Part shown: positions 11,442-22,830 of the stretch, piece after piece
Layout of the letters: each line of letters opens with the position of its first letter
How positions within the stretch are numbered: position 1 is the stretch's first letter
From: Candidatus Zhuqueibacterota bacterium
Lineage (GTDB): Bacteria; Zhuqueibacterota; Zhuqueibacteria; Residuimicrobiales; Krinioviventaceae
NCBI GenBank assembly: GCA_034521575.1
Contig: JAXHMJ010000002.1
Span: 815,692 to 879,691 of the forward strand
Length of the DNA: 64,000 nt
Reading direction: 5' to 3'
Position numbers and translations under genes: made by a program
The notes under the pieces: generated by a model
Database searches by the model: none
What the model was told of the DNA's origin: nothing
What the model saw: only the letters and a program-made list of their open reading frames with translations

Positions 11442-12924
11442 ACGAATCATCTTTGAAATTCACAAATTGGCTGATATGGGCATGAAACAACGCCAAATTG
11501 CCAGAAAGTTATGTATTTCAAGACCAACTGTGCAAAAATATCTCAACTCCCCGGATATTGCCACACCTCCCAGACGTCCAAAGCCAGGTAAATTGGAACC
11601 GTTCTATAATTATATTGATGAACTGCTGGAAGGTTGGCCGAACGCCAGCGCTGTTGTTATTAAACAACGTATCGACGAAAAAGGCTATACCGGAGGGATT
11701 ACGATTTTGCGCGATTACCTCCTTGCTAAACGAGGAGGTAAGAAACGATCCAAAGCCTACATTCGGTTTGAAAGCAGCCCTGGTGAACAATGTCAGTTTG
11801 ATTGGGGGCATTTCGGCAGTCTCATTTATGGCAACACCTCCAGAAAACTGTACTGCATGACGGTGATAGAATGCCATTCCAGAATGCTCTACATCGAGTT
11901 CACACATAGTCAAAACAAAGAAGCTGTGATGCGCACCCTGTTGAATTCTTTTTTATTCTTTGGTGGCGCTCCCAAAGAACTGGTGCACGATAATTTGAAA
12001 ACAGCGGTCATTGAACGAATCGGCGATATTATCCGGTTCAACGAAGATTATTTGCATTTCTTGCGCCCTTTTCATATCAGACCTTACGCGTGCGGCATAA
12101 GGGACGCATCCGCAAAAGGCAAGATAGAAAAAGGCGGTGTTCATTACGTTCGCTATAACTTTTGGCCGTGCCGCACCTTTGCCGATCTGGATGATGTAAA
12201 TGTGCAAGCCTGCAAATGGCGCGATCACATTGCAAATACACGTATTCACGCAACAACGAATGAAAAACCGGTTGAACGTTTTCAGCCGAAAGCCCTGCGT
12301 CCATTGCCGGATGTATTGCCGGATACCAGAGATCATTCAGAAGCTAAAGTCCATTCCGATTGCCGGTTTAAATTTGATGCAAATTATTATTCAGCGCCTT
12401 GGTGGATGGCCGGTAAAACAGTCAGTGTCAAAGCGGATAACCATACAATTTGGGCAGGCCATAAAAACAAAATTGTTGCTGTACACACGCGAAGCTGGAA
12501 ACGCCGGGCTGTTATTGAAAATCCGAACCATATTTCAGAACTTTTGAAAACACGTAAAAAGGCAAGGTTAACCAGACAAGAACAACTCTTGTTTTCAATG
12601 GGTGAACCCATCAAACTATTCATCGAAAATTTGGCCAAGGCCGGGAAAAGCCTTTCCCGGGCATCCAGTCATCTCCTGGAATTAAGAGAACAATATGGAG
12701 CCAAAGCAGTTGTGGAGGCCGTTGAAATAACCCTCAAATACAAAGCCTATGGCGTCGATTATGTTGAGAATATCCTGCATCAAAAAATGCATATTAAAAC
12801 ATATTACCCCAAAGTTACCCTCAAAGATGAAACGCTCAATCAGTTACAATTACAGGAACCCGATCTGTTAATCTATGATGCCATTACTTTGAAAAAAAGC
12901 AGGAACAATGATGACAAAAATTGA
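11413..12924 (+). CDS. istA: IS21-family transposase IstA
   Basis: 503 aa. It has an N-terminal HTH (QIARKLCISRPTVQKYL) and a DDE integrase core (QCQFDWGHFG...). Its stop overlaps the istB start. Confidence 0.9.
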   Translation: MKGPKVMMNKRIIFEIHKLADMGMKQRQIARKLCISRPTVQKYLNSPDIATPPRRPKPGKLEPFYNYIDELLEGWPNASAVVIKQRIDEKGYTGGITILRDYLLAKRGGKKRSKAYIRFESSPGEQCQFDWGHFGSLIYGNTSRKLYCMTVIECHSRMLYIEFTHSQNKEAVMRTLLNSFLFFGGAPKELVHDNLKTAVIERIGDIIRFNEDYLHFLRPFHIRPYACGIRDASAKGKIEKGGVHYVRYNFWPCRTFADLDDVNVQACKWRDHIANTRIHATTNEKPVERFQPKALRPLPDVLPDTRDHSEAKVHSDCRFKFDANYYSAPWWMAGKTVSVKADNHTIWAGHKNKIVAVHTRSWKRRAVIENPNHISELLKTRKKARLTRQEQLLFSMGEPIKLFIENLAKAGKSLSRASSHLLELREQYGAKAVVEAVEITLKYKAYGVDYVENILHQKMHIKTYYPKVTLKDETLNQLQLQEPDLLIYDAITLKKSRNNDDKN

Positions 12925-13648
12925 AAATACAATCCACAAATTGCAGCAGTTGCGACTCAATACCATGGCCGAATATCTCGAAGATGCCTTTGAAAAAGAA
13001 AAAGAGCAGAACAACGGCTTTCTGTGGCTGCTCGATTATTTGCTTGACCTGGAAAACGAATCACGCTGGAAACGCTCTGTTGAAAACAGAATCAAAGCGT
13101 CGCATTTGATTGATAAATGCTTGCCAAGTGACTTTGATTTTAAATTCCATGTCTCCCGACAACAGAACCGATCCCTTGTTTTGCGTTTGTCCGAATGTGA
13201 TTTTATTCATAAAAAACAAGACGTGATCTTTATTGGCGCCCCCGGAACCGGAAAAACCCGATTAGCAAAAACCATAGCTTATCAAGCCTGTTTGAAAAAT
13301 GAACGTGTACTCTTCACAACAGCTATTGATATGATTAATCACCTCATTGCCGCTCAAGCTGATCAGTCGTTGTTAAAAAAACTAAAATTTTATCAAACTC
13401 CAAGTCTGCTTGTTTGTGACGAGTTGGGTTTTCTTTCGCTTGACGAACAGTCATCAAATCTTTTTTTCCAGGTGCTCAGTGCCAGGCATGAACGTGTGAG
13501 TACAATCGTGACCACCAATCTGCCCTTTGGCCGCTGGGGAGAGATCTTTCAAAGTGCTGTAATCGCTCAAGCCATCGCAGACCGGCTCGTTAAAAACTCG
13601 GAGATTATACTGATGGAAGGACCATCTTATCGACAGAAAAATAAATAG
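12908..13648 (+). CDS. istB: IS21-family helper ATPase IstB
   Basis: 246 aa. Walker A motif IFIGAPGTGKTRLA and Walker B motif LLVCDELGF. Confidence 0.9.
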   Translation: MMTKIENTIHKLQQLRLNTMAEYLEDAFEKEKEQNNGFLWLLDYLLDLENESRWKRSVENRIKASHLIDKCLPSDFDFKFHVSRQQNRSLVLRLSECDFIHKKQDVIFIGAPGTGKTRLAKTIAYQACLKNERVLFTTAIDMINHLIAAQADQSLLKKLKFYQTPSLLVCDELGFLSLDEQSSNLFFQVLSARHERVSTIVTTNLPFGRWGEIFQSAVIAQAIADRLVKNSEIILMEGPSYRQKNK

Positions 13649-13940
13649 TAATCTGGTTTCATTTTAAAAATATAAAAATATAATTGATATTTTATGCCAA
13701 AGAACTGTTTTTTTTACAGAGTCTTGTAAGAGAATCTATGTGCTCCACTTTAGGTGGTAAAGTATTATTCCGTTGGCTTTGGTAAACTTGTTAACCGTTG
13801 GTAATACTTATCTGGACAGCAGAACTTCTACCCAATCGGGTAACTTTGTTTCAGCCCAGCCCTCCGTTGATTCTGCTAAAAAGTGTAACTCTCCAATTCA
13901 ACGAGTTTACAACAAACATTTTAAACACAAATAGGCTTTA

Positions 13941-14237
13941 ATGCCCGACAAAGATAAAACCGGCACTCTTATCCAGTTTGCCGTCAAGGCAGGAAAAGCA
14001 GCGATCGGCAGGTCAGCTTGTGAGAAATTACGTTCTAAAAACAAGCTATACTTGATCATTCTTGCCAAAGATGCATCTGAGCGCTTGTTAGAGTTTTCGC
14101 CGGGTGTTTCCACACATTATTATTCGACCCGTTCAGACCTGGGTAAACTTGTTGGCAGAGAACAGGTATCCATCATCGGTATCAGTGATCATCAATTTGT
14201 TCAGGCAATCACCAAAAGTATGAATCAAGCGAATTGA
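13941..14237 (+). CDS. L7Ae/L30e-family RNA-binding protein (YlxQ-like), orphaned from the usual nusA-infB context
   Basis: 98 aa. Pattern AGKAAIG...LIILAKDAS is typical of YlxQ. Confidence 0.65.
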   Translation: MPDKDKTGTLIQFAVKAGKAAIGRSACEKLRSKNKLYLIILAKDASERLLEFSPGVSTHYYSTRSDLGKLVGREQVSIIGISDHQFVQAITKSMNQAN

Positions 14238-14238
14238 A

Positions 14239-14724
14239 TCAGAAACGTTTTTTCAAAAGCAAGAGTAAAGGAATACCGATGCCGGCACAGGCGATTATTT
14301 GTCCTGCTCCCACCTGCAGCGCTGTCAGCCAATACGGTACATCTGCAACAAGATACAGAATATAACCGATTCCGAACGCATTGAACAAGATAGGAGGAAT
14401 CGGGGCCAGCCAGACTCTGTTATATCGTCTCAAATAATACGTCGCCAGACCGGCAATGAGCGTGATCGCACTTCCTCCGAAAATATCCAGCGGTCCATAT
14501 CCTCCATAAATATTGGCTAACATGCATCCGGCAAATAAGCCCGGTATGGCCTGGGGTAAAATAATTGGCAGTACGGTTAACGACTCTGCAAGTCGAACCT
14601 GTACCGGACCATAACTCCAGGGCGCAAGAAGAATTGTCAACGCAGCATACAATCCACCGATCATAGCCGCCATTGTAATATCCTGTGTTTTCAATTTAAT
14701 CATACATCCCTCATATTTTTCCAA
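14239..14724 (-). CDS. queT: QueT-family (queuosine precursor / ECF S-component-like) membrane transporter
   Basis: About 160 aa with 5 transmembrane helices and glycine-rich motifs characteristic of QueT. Confidence 0.55.
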   Translation of the reverse strand: MEKYEGCMIKLKTQDITMAAMIGGLYAALTILLAPWSYGPVQVRLAESLTVLPIILPQAIPGLFAGCMLANIYGGYGPLDIFGGSAITLIAGLATYYLRRYNRVWLAPIPPILFNAFGIGYILYLVADVPYWLTALQVGAGQIIACAGIGIPLLLLLKKRF

Positions 14725-15131
14725 TCAACATGCCGCAACTTTTTCTTTTCACCACGATGTTTTTTATTTTGCAGCCGTTTGCGTTTCTCTGATCGCGGTA
14801 CCCGTGTATGTTTTCTTTTTTTATGAGGCTTTAGCACTTGCCGCAAAAGATATTCAAACTTTTCCAATGCATTTTTTTTATTCGAATACTGACTTTTGTA
14901 TTCCTGACTGGATATTGACAACATTCCGTCATTATTAATACGATTGGCAAGCGATCGATGTATTTTATCTTTCTGCTGACGAGTCAAGCTTTGGGAGTTT
15001 TCCAGATCAAACAGCAAAGTGACTTTGGTATTTGTACGATTTACGTGCTGTCCGCCCGGACCGCTGCTGGTTGACGCGGTAAAATTCAGCTCATTTTCCG
15101 GTATCGCTGTATTAGAGTTGATGTGTATCAT
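14700..15131 (-). CDS. arfB: Peptidyl-tRNA hydrolase ArfB (alternative ribosome-rescue factor B)
   Basis: GGQ motif (SSGPGGQHVNRTNTKV) followed by a basic K/R-rich C-terminal tail. The start was taken at MIHINS. Confidence 0.8.
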   Translation of the reverse strand: MIHINSNTAIPENELNFTASTSSGPGGQHVNRTNTKVTLLFDLENSQSLTRQQKDKIHRSLANRINNDGMLSISSQEYKSQYSNKKNALEKFEYLLRQVLKPHKKRKHTRVPRSEKRKRLQNKKHRGEKKKLRHVDWKNMRDV

Positions 15132-15197
15132 ACTTGAAAAGTTAAGCAATTCCCCTTTGAAAATCAATAATACAGGCAAAATTTGTGGATTACGTAT

Positions 15198-15229
15198 AAA
15201 AAAAGCCCCGTCCATAGGACAGGGCTTTT
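15198..15229 (-). terminator. Intrinsic terminator downstream of groEL
   Basis: Stem AAGCCCTGTCC/GGACGGGGCTT followed by a T-run on the minus strand. Confidence 0.6.
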
Positions 15230-15249
15230 AATTCGGTTGGTTAAGCAGC

Positions 15250-16914
<1,665 letters not shown>

Positions 16915-16931
16915 TTATTTCAATTATAAAA

Positions 16932-17216
16932 TTAGACAACCGCCAAGATATCGCTTTCTCGCATGATCAGATAATCTTCGCCGTCGATTGTGATTTCCGT
17001 ACCTGAATATTTGCCAAATAAAACCTTGTCGCCCTTTTTTACGCTCATTTCTACTGTAGTTCCGCTGTCCGAGGCTTTTCCAGGCCCAACCGCCATCACT
17101 TCACCGTGCTGGGGACGTTCTTTGGCGGTATCCGGAATAATAATATTACCTGCTGTTGTGTCTTCCTCCTCAAGCGGTTTGACAACAACTCTGTCTGCCA
17201 AAGGTTTGATGTTCAT
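16932..17216 (-). CDS. groS: Co-chaperonin GroES
   Basis: 94 aa. [18 protein letters not shown]...[14 protein letters not shown]. Confidence 0.95.
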   Translation of the reverse strand: MNIKPLADRVVVKPLEEEDTTAGNIIIPDTAKERPQHGEVMAVGPGKASDSGTTVEMSVKKGDKVLFGKYSGTEITIDGEDYLIMRESDILAVV

Positions 17217-17246
17217 ATACTCCTCCTAAAAATTTGATTCCTTTTT

Positions 17247-17273
17247 TTAGCACTCACCACTACCGAGTGCTAA
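17247..17273. promoter_or_regulatory. CIRCE operator (HrcA binding site) upstream of groES
   Basis: Perfect TTAGCACTC-N9-GAGTGCTAA inverted repeat, located 30 bp upstream of the groES start. Confidence 0.9.
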
Positions 17274-17409
17274 CAATTAACACTGTAAATATAATCCTTT
17301 TTTTTGGAAATGCAAGAATTTTTTTATTTTTTAGCAGATAAAGGCAGATATTTTATGATAGTGCGCCATATCGACAGACCTTCTGCTGTTTTTCTGCCAT
17401 ACCGATACG

Positions 17410-18411
17410 TCATATTCTCGGTCTGAATCCTTCCCCTAACACTTCATGCACATTTTCGACAATGACAAATGCATCCGGATCCACTGCTTTGACACGTTCA
17501 ACAAGCTTGCCGATTTCACGTCGACTGAGGACGGTGTAAAACATATCTCGATCCTGATTGGTATATAGTCCTCTTCCACGGATTACGGTACCTCCGCGTT
17601 CCATTTGCGTGGTAATAATATCAGCAATTTGATCAGTTTTCGACGAAATGATCGTTGCCGATCTTGCGTAATCAAATCCGTCAATGATGACATCAATAAT
17701 TCGGGCGGATACAAACAATATAAACACCGCATACAGAGACAATGTAAGAGCCGGTCTTTCCTGAGACAGATCCTTAAAATAAATAACCAGCCCGGCCACT
17801 GCAATCACCAGAAAATCGACAACCATAAAACATTGTCCGGGTTTAATGCCCCAGCGTTTTTTCGCCACAGCCGCAACCACATCAGTTCCTGCCGTAGTGC
17901 CTTTAAATTTGAAAATAATACCAAGCCCCAAACCGACCAGCACACCGCCGGTTAAGACGGCCATCAAAAAATCATTCTGTATCAGATTCAACACGCTTTC
18001 ACGGTCGTGCAAATGCAGAAACTCAAATCCCGGTATATCTCCCCGAAAAAAGTCAACAAAAAACGAGCTAATCGTGAACCCAAAGAATGTCCGGGTCCCG
18101 AAACGTTTACCCAGTTCGGCAATACCCCAAACGAACAAAGGAATATTAAACACCCACATCATCAAACCCACCGGCACACTTTCATTGGTCAAATAATGAA
18201 CAGTCATTGAAAGTCCGGTTACACCACCGGGAACAACCTTGGCATTGACCAGAAACACACCTATTCCGAATCCCATAACAGCCGAACCGAGTAAAATGAA
18301 AAAATAATCGCGCCATATCCCCTTCTCACGCAACCCAAGTGCACTAATGATCTTTTCAATTTTGATTCCGAATAGAACCGTTATCTTTTTAAAAATGTTT
18401 GATGTCTTCAC
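17410..18411 (-). CDS. YitT-family membrane protein (DUF161 + DUF2179)
   Basis: 333 aa. It has a polytopic N-terminus and a soluble C-terminal DUF2179-like domain (GGTVIRGRGLYT...YTVLSRRE). Confidence 0.8.
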   Translation of the reverse strand: MKTSNIFKKITVLFGIKIEKIISALGLREKGIWRDYFFILLGSAVMGFGIGVFLVNAKVVPGGVTGLSMTVHYLTNESVPVGLMMWVFNIPLFVWGIAELGKRFGTRTFFGFTISSFFVDFFRGDIPGFEFLHLHDRESVLNLIQNDFLMAVLTGGVLVGLGLGIIFKFKGTTAGTDVVAAVAKKRWGIKPGQCFMVVDFLVIAVAGLVIYFKDLSQERPALTLSLYAVFILFVSARIIDVIIDGFDYARSATIISSKTDQIADIITTQMERGGTVIRGRGLYTNQDRDMFYTVLSRREIGKLVERVKAVDPDAFVIVENVHEVLGEGFRPRI

Positions 18412-18439
18412 AAATTCCTCAAATAATATGCCTTATCCA

Positions 18440-19033
18440 TTAAAAATGCAATCGCAAATAAACAGCGGGATTGAATTTCAAATCCAGGTTATGGCTTATA
18501 TGTTTGGTGGTAATTTCCATAGATCCGGTATCATGAATCTGAGATGCATTTTCAAATGTATAATGCAGCCAGCGCGCGGAAACCGCAAGACTTAAATAAC
18601 GACTCAAGAAAACTTCGGCGCCGGTTGAAAATCCGGCGCCAATCGTCAGTTGTGATTGTGCGAGTCCGGCATCCTGATTGTCCGGCAGTTCACGTACTCC
18701 TCCGCCATAACCGAAATGTGTAAAGACGCCAAAAAACGGACTGATTTTGCTTTTCGGACGATTATAAAACCGCAATTCGGGAAAAACATGAATGGCATAG
18801 TGTGTCGTATCCGGTCCATCCTGTTGAGTTGACGGATATTCTATCGAAGAAGTGCTGTGACTAAAATGACCATTCACATTAACAAGAAACATTTGTGTTG
18901 GAGAAAACATAATACCATACCCGAATTCTTCGCCAAAATCCGTGATACGCGCGGAAACATTAGACGTACCCGGGGATGTTGCGAAACCATGCGGAATCAT
19001 AAATATCAGTATTAAAAATATGAGTTGCTTCAT
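18440..19033 (-). CDS. Outer-membrane beta-barrel protein (OmpW/OmpA-like small porin family)
   Basis: Signal peptide MKQLIFLILIFMIP, alternating amphipathic strands, and a C-terminal aromatic residue (F). Confidence 0.5.
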   Translation of the reverse strand: MKQLIFLILIFMIPHGFATSPGTSNVSARITDFGEEFGYGIMFSPTQMFLVNVNGHFSHSTSSIEYPSTQQDGPDTTHYAIHVFPELRFYNRPKSKISPFFGVFTHFGYGGGVRELPDNQDAGLAQSQLTIGAGFSTGAEVFLSRYLSLAVSARWLHYTFENASQIHDTGSMEITTKHISHNLDLKFNPAVYLRLHF

Positions 19034-19050
19034 GGACATTCTCCTTGTTC

Positions 19051-19872
19051 CTATAATTGACACGTTTCACAATAAAACGTACTGCGCCCGGATAATCGGA
19101 TCTGCTTTATAGCTTGTTTGCAAATCTTACACGGCACCCCACTTTTGGCATAAACAGCAAGGTCCTGTTGAAAAAAACCGGGTTCACCCTGTGCGTTTCT
19201 ATAATCTCGAAGTGTTGTTCCTCCGCGCTGAATAGCCTCACCCAGGATATCTTTGATGGCACTGACAATTTCAGTTATCTCAGAATCTGTAAGTCTATTC
19301 GATGCTCTTTCCGGTCTGACTTTGGCCCGAAAAAGCGCTTCATTGGCATAGATATTTCCAATACCGACGACAATATTGGAATCCATAATCAGAGTTTTAA
19401 TAGACCGCCTTGATCGCTGAGCGGTTGATTTTAAAAAATGGGGCGAAAAATCAACAGACAGGGGTTCAACACCCAGTTTATTAAACCGGGGATGCTGTTC
19501 AAGATTCTGAGTGTACGCGACATCCAGAAAGCCGAACCGTCTTGGATCCCGATAACGGATTTGCCAGCCGGACTCTAAATGAAAGACGACATGAGAATGA
19601 GCTTCCAGCGGGTAATCCGGACGGAATCTGCCCAGTCGTCCGCTCATACCCAGATGGATAAACAGAGAATAGCCGCTATCCATATCCCAAATCAAATATT
19701 TTGAGCGCCGCCAAACACGGTCTATGTTTGCGCCGCAAATATGTTGGTTCAACTTGCGTATCGGTACAGTCCAGCGCAAATTCTGGTTTAGAACGGAGAA
19801 CTGAGTAATTCGGTCAGCGACCAAAAACTGCATTGTTGCTTTGATCGTTTCAATTTCCGGCAATTCAGGCAT
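19051..19872 (-). CDS. mutM: Formamidopyrimidine-DNA glycosylase
   Basis: Starts MPELPEIETI. Has a C-terminal zinc finger CKICKQAI...YCETCQ. Confidence 0.9.
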   Translation of the reverse strand: MPELPEIETIKATMQFLVADRITQFSVLNQNLRWTVPIRKLNQHICGANIDRVWRRSKYLIWDMDSGYSLFIHLGMSGRLGRFRPDYPLEAHSHVVFHLESGWQIRYRDPRRFGFLDVAYTQNLEQHPRFNKLGVEPLSVDFSPHFLKSTAQRSRRSIKTLIMDSNIVVGIGNIYANEALFRAKVRPERASNRLTDSEITEIVSAIKDILGEAIQRGGTTLRDYRNAQGEPGFFQQDLAVYAKSGVPCKICKQAIKQIRLSGRSTFYCETCQL

Positions 19873-19913
19873 ATCAGAATCGATTAATTTTCAGAGTCAG
19901 TAAAAATATCATC

Positions 19914-20525
19914 TTAGCTCCAGTCCCGTTTGTGAGCATGACGATGACGTTGTTCCATTTTTGCTACCCTGCGTTGTTCCGGCGTATCAGGCGCTCCCGG
20001 TGCTTTGGAAGAATGGGACAAACGTTCAGCTTCTGCTATACCAATGCGCTCACGGCAGATACTGAATATCTCCATGACATTGCGCTCGGCTTTTACGCGT
20101 AAATTTTTACGGCCTGGACCTGATGATATCAGTTTAACTCCTTTTTCGTCATAGTTGCAACGTGAAAAATCCTTCCAATACCCACTGATTTGCTCACCCG
20201 TATACTCGTTGTTCTTTATAAATTTCATGATATACCCATGCTCGTAAAGAGTCCACTCTTGAGCTTTACCGCGTGTTCTAAAGTAATTTACAGCCGGACC
20301 AATCACCAGAGGAATCGCATATAAAACGATAGAGGGAATTTTTTTGATCATCGGTAAATAGTCTTCACCGTATCGGATCACAAACACCACAGCCAGTAAT
20401 AAAAGACCAATCAAATAAAACAGAAATCGGTTTGAGGTTTTCGGGGTATACACCCAGGTTTTTATCGATTTTCCCAGGGAATTACGACTGTCTTTTTGAT
20501 TTTGAGATGCTTGAAACATTGCCAT
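19914..20525 (-). CDS. Hypothetical membrane-anchored protein
   Basis: 203 aa with two N-terminal transmembrane helices and a charged C-terminus. No family was recognised. Confidence 0.4.
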   Translation of the reverse strand: MAMFQASQNQKDSRNSLGKSIKTWVYTPKTSNRFLFYLIGLLLLAVVFVIRYGEDYLPMIKKIPSIVLYAIPLVIGPAVNYFRTRGKAQEWTLYEHGYIMKFIKNNEYTGEQISGYWKDFSRCNYDEKGVKLISSGPGRKNLRVKAERNVMEIFSICRERIGIAEAERLSHSSKAPGAPDTPEQRRVAKMEQRHRHAHKRDWS

Positions 20526-20533
20526 ACTCCATC

Positions 20534-21118
20534 TTATGGTATCACATCAATCATATCATGAGCGAGCTGCCGAACGCTTTCCCGATAAGCTTTTTGCAAC
20601 GCCTTGATAATATGCTCGGTATCAGACCCTGAAATATCAGTACGATGTTTGATTGTTTTGCTCCAAAAGGGTTTTGCACCCTGCATTTCGTACAACTCGA
20701 AACGCAGCGTGACCAGGGCATATCTTTCATCCATACGCCTGCGGTCTTCAAAATGTTCCAGGACACCGGTTAGTATGATCGCATCCCCTCCGCCTGCTGC
20801 AACCGTTTGAACATCCTGAAATAATCCGGAATTTCTAAAGAAATTGACAGTCATATCAGTCAGCATTACAGCAGGGGGCAATGCCCATTGATTATAATGA
20901 TCATAGTCTAATTTAAAAGGTTCCAGAGAATAGAGCATTTTCTGCTGCGTGAGCAGAGGATGTGCATTAAAGGGTTTTACAATCAATGTTTTGCTAAAAG
21001 CAGGATCATAATCCAATGGTCCCCACTCCTGAAATCGATAATATTGCATATTTGGGGCATGCCCGCAGGCCATCATAAGAAATATCAGTAACAACAATAC
21101 AGGGAATACGTTTTTCAT
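20534..21118 (-). CDS. ABC-transport auxiliary lipoprotein (PqiC/YmbA DUF330-like), last gene of the Mla/Mce operon
   Basis: Signal peptide with a lipobox (LLLIFLMMACG) and its position downstream of mlaD. Confidence 0.6.
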   Translation of the reverse strand: MKNVFPVLLLLIFLMMACGHAPNMQYYRFQEWGPLDYDPAFSKTLIVKPFNAHPLLTQQKMLYSLEPFKLDYDHYNQWALPPAVMLTDMTVNFFRNSGLFQDVQTVAAGGGDAIILTGVLEHFEDRRRMDERYALVTLRFELYEMQGAKPFWSKTIKHRTDISGSDTEHIIKALQKAYRESVRQLAHDMIDVIP

Positions 21119-22014
21119 TGTACAGCCTTTCGTTTTGGCGGATAGTCTTTTCGTATCGCACTCCAGGGTTTTTCTTTCAGAGTTTGACTGAACTCGTTCA
21201 GATTCCGTGTCATTGAATTCAGATTATCCAGTATCTGTTTCATATTCACTTCATTTGCACTGAGACCGTAATCCAGATCCGTTAACAACTCATTAACGTG
21301 GGTTACGGTTTCCCCGCTTTGTGCAAGCAGCTTATTCAGTCGACTGACACTTTCAGTCACAGCAGAGTCCTTACTGACAAGGATGGTATCCAGATCGATC
21401 AAAACTTGCTCTGTATGCGATGATAAACTTTGAACAGCGGACAGTGTTTCTTTTAAATCCTTTTCTGTCATTTCTGCGATATTACGGGCGGATCTCAGGG
21501 TGGCGGTCAAGTGTTCGCGATTCTCGTCTGTAAACATACTGCTCAGCCGCTCGGATAATCCTGAGATTTGATTGATCATCTGTGAGGCTTCACCGGCCAT
21601 TTGTGCATAAGAGGTAACCTGTTCGCTCTCTATAAGAGAGCCGGGTTCCAATAGATCAGATTCCGGTGAACCGGGTGTAATCTCGACGTAAAATGATCCC
21701 ATGATCCCGACTGTGGTTAAAAAGGCTTTGCTGTCCTCACGGACAGGAGTGCCCTCTTCAACTTTAATGATTATTTCAGCACCGGGGTATTCCTTCCCGA
21801 CAAGCTGCACCTTGTTTACCTGTCCAACCAGCATGCCTGCAAAACGCACTTCAGAGCCGGGCTCAACTCCGCCCACATATCCGAAACGGGTACGGTAGAC
21901 TTTTTTATTCCCCCAGTTCCCGGCGCCCATAATGATAAACAAGAATGCAAACAAGAGCACCAGACTCGCCAATATAAACAGTCCGGCTTTGATTTCATTT
22001 TTTTGATATTCCAA
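21115..22014 (-). CDS. mlaD: MlaD/Mce-family substrate-binding protein
   Basis: N-terminal transmembrane helix, an MCE domain (GYVGGVEPGSEVRFAGMLVGQV) and a long coiled-coil C-terminus. Confidence 0.8.
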   Translation of the reverse strand: MEYQKNEIKAGLFILASLVLLFAFLFIIMGAGNWGNKKVYRTRFGYVGGVEPGSEVRFAGMLVGQVNKVQLVGKEYPGAEIIIKVEEGTPVREDSKAFLTTVGIMGSFYVEITPGSPESDLLEPGSLIESEQVTSYAQMAGEASQMINQISGLSERLSSMFTDENREHLTATLRSARNIAEMTEKDLKETLSAVQSLSSHTEQVLIDLDTILVSKDSAVTESVSRLNKLLAQSGETVTHVNELLTDLDYGLSANEVNMKQILDNLNSMTRNLNEFSQTLKEKPWSAIRKDYPPKRKAVQ

Positions 22015-22032
22015 AACAATAGATCCTGTTGT

Positions 22033-22827
22033 TTAGTCTCTTACCAATTCATTTAAATAGTCATCCGGATCCAGCTGTTCTTGATCCGGCTCTCTCCGCA
22101 GAAACTGCTTGACAAAGGGATCAGTATCATGAATCATTTCTTCATAACTGCCTAAAAAGCGAATCTGCCCGTCATGCAGCAGAGCAATGCGGTCGGCAAT
22201 CGTCTTTACGGATTCCATTTCATGGGTTACCACGACAATTGTCATTTTCAGCGCTTTTTTGAGTTTCAGGACAAGATTATCAATACCTGCCGCTACGATC
22301 GGATCAAGACCGGCAGACGGTTCATCACAGAACAAAATATCCGGATCCATTGCAATAGCGCGGGCCAACGCAACGCGTTTTTTCATACCCCCGGACAACT
22401 GCGCCGGCATAAAGTTTTCAAATCCGGACAACCCCACCAGGCCCAGTTTCATACGTGTGATAATTCGAATCGTCGAGAACTGCTGAGGTGTATGCTCGGT
22501 CAGCGGAAGGGCAACATTTTCACCCACGGTCATCGAATTGAACAAAGCGCCGTTCTGAAACAGCATACCTATTCGCCTTAACAGCTTTTCCTGCTGCGCT
22601 TCATTCGCTACATTTAAATCGATATTTTTAATTCGGATATGGCCTTTATCCGGCTTATTCAATCCAATCAGATGTCTGAGCAGCGTACTTTTGCCGCATC
22701 CGGAACGTCCGAGAATAACCAGAGTTTCGTGCGGATAGATATTCAGGTTGATACCATTGAGTATAACATGTCCGCCGTAACTCGTCTGCAGATTGCGTAT
22801 TTCTATAATAGGTTCTTTTTTTTCCAT
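22033..22827 (-). CDS. mlaF: ABC transporter ATP-binding protein MlaF
   Basis: Walker A GRSGCGKST, signature LSGGMKKRVALARA, Walker B ILFCDEP. Confidence 0.9.
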   Translation of the reverse strand: MEKKEPIIEIRNLQTSYGGHVILNGINLNIYPHETLVILGRSGCGKSTLLRHLIGLNKPDKGHIRIKNIDLNVANEAQQEKLLRRIGMLFQNGALFNSMTVGENVALPLTEHTPQQFSTIRIITRMKLGLVGLSGFENFMPAQLSGGMKKRVALARAIAMDPDILFCDEPSAGLDPIVAAGIDNLVLKLKKALKMTIVVVTHEMESVKTIADRIALLHDGQIRFLGSYEEMIHDTDPFVKQFLRREPDQEQLDPDDYLNELVRD

Positions 22828-22830
22828 AAT

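Larger units (their letters stand above)
10755..13660 (+). mobile_element. IS21-like element. The istAB core is confident. The left end is provisionally placed at the 22-bp repeat array. The right inverted repeat was not found.
   Basis: istA and istB are in the typical overlapping arrangement with upstream multi-copy repeats. No convincing inverted copy of the repeat was seen within 300 bp downstream of istB. Confidence 0.35.

Noticed and set aside
14700-14800. Possible preQ1 riboswitch upstream of queT
   Set aside because: The arfB coding sequence overlaps the queT start, so there is no leader. The minus-strand sequence does not fold into the preQ1-I hairpin plus A-rich tail.
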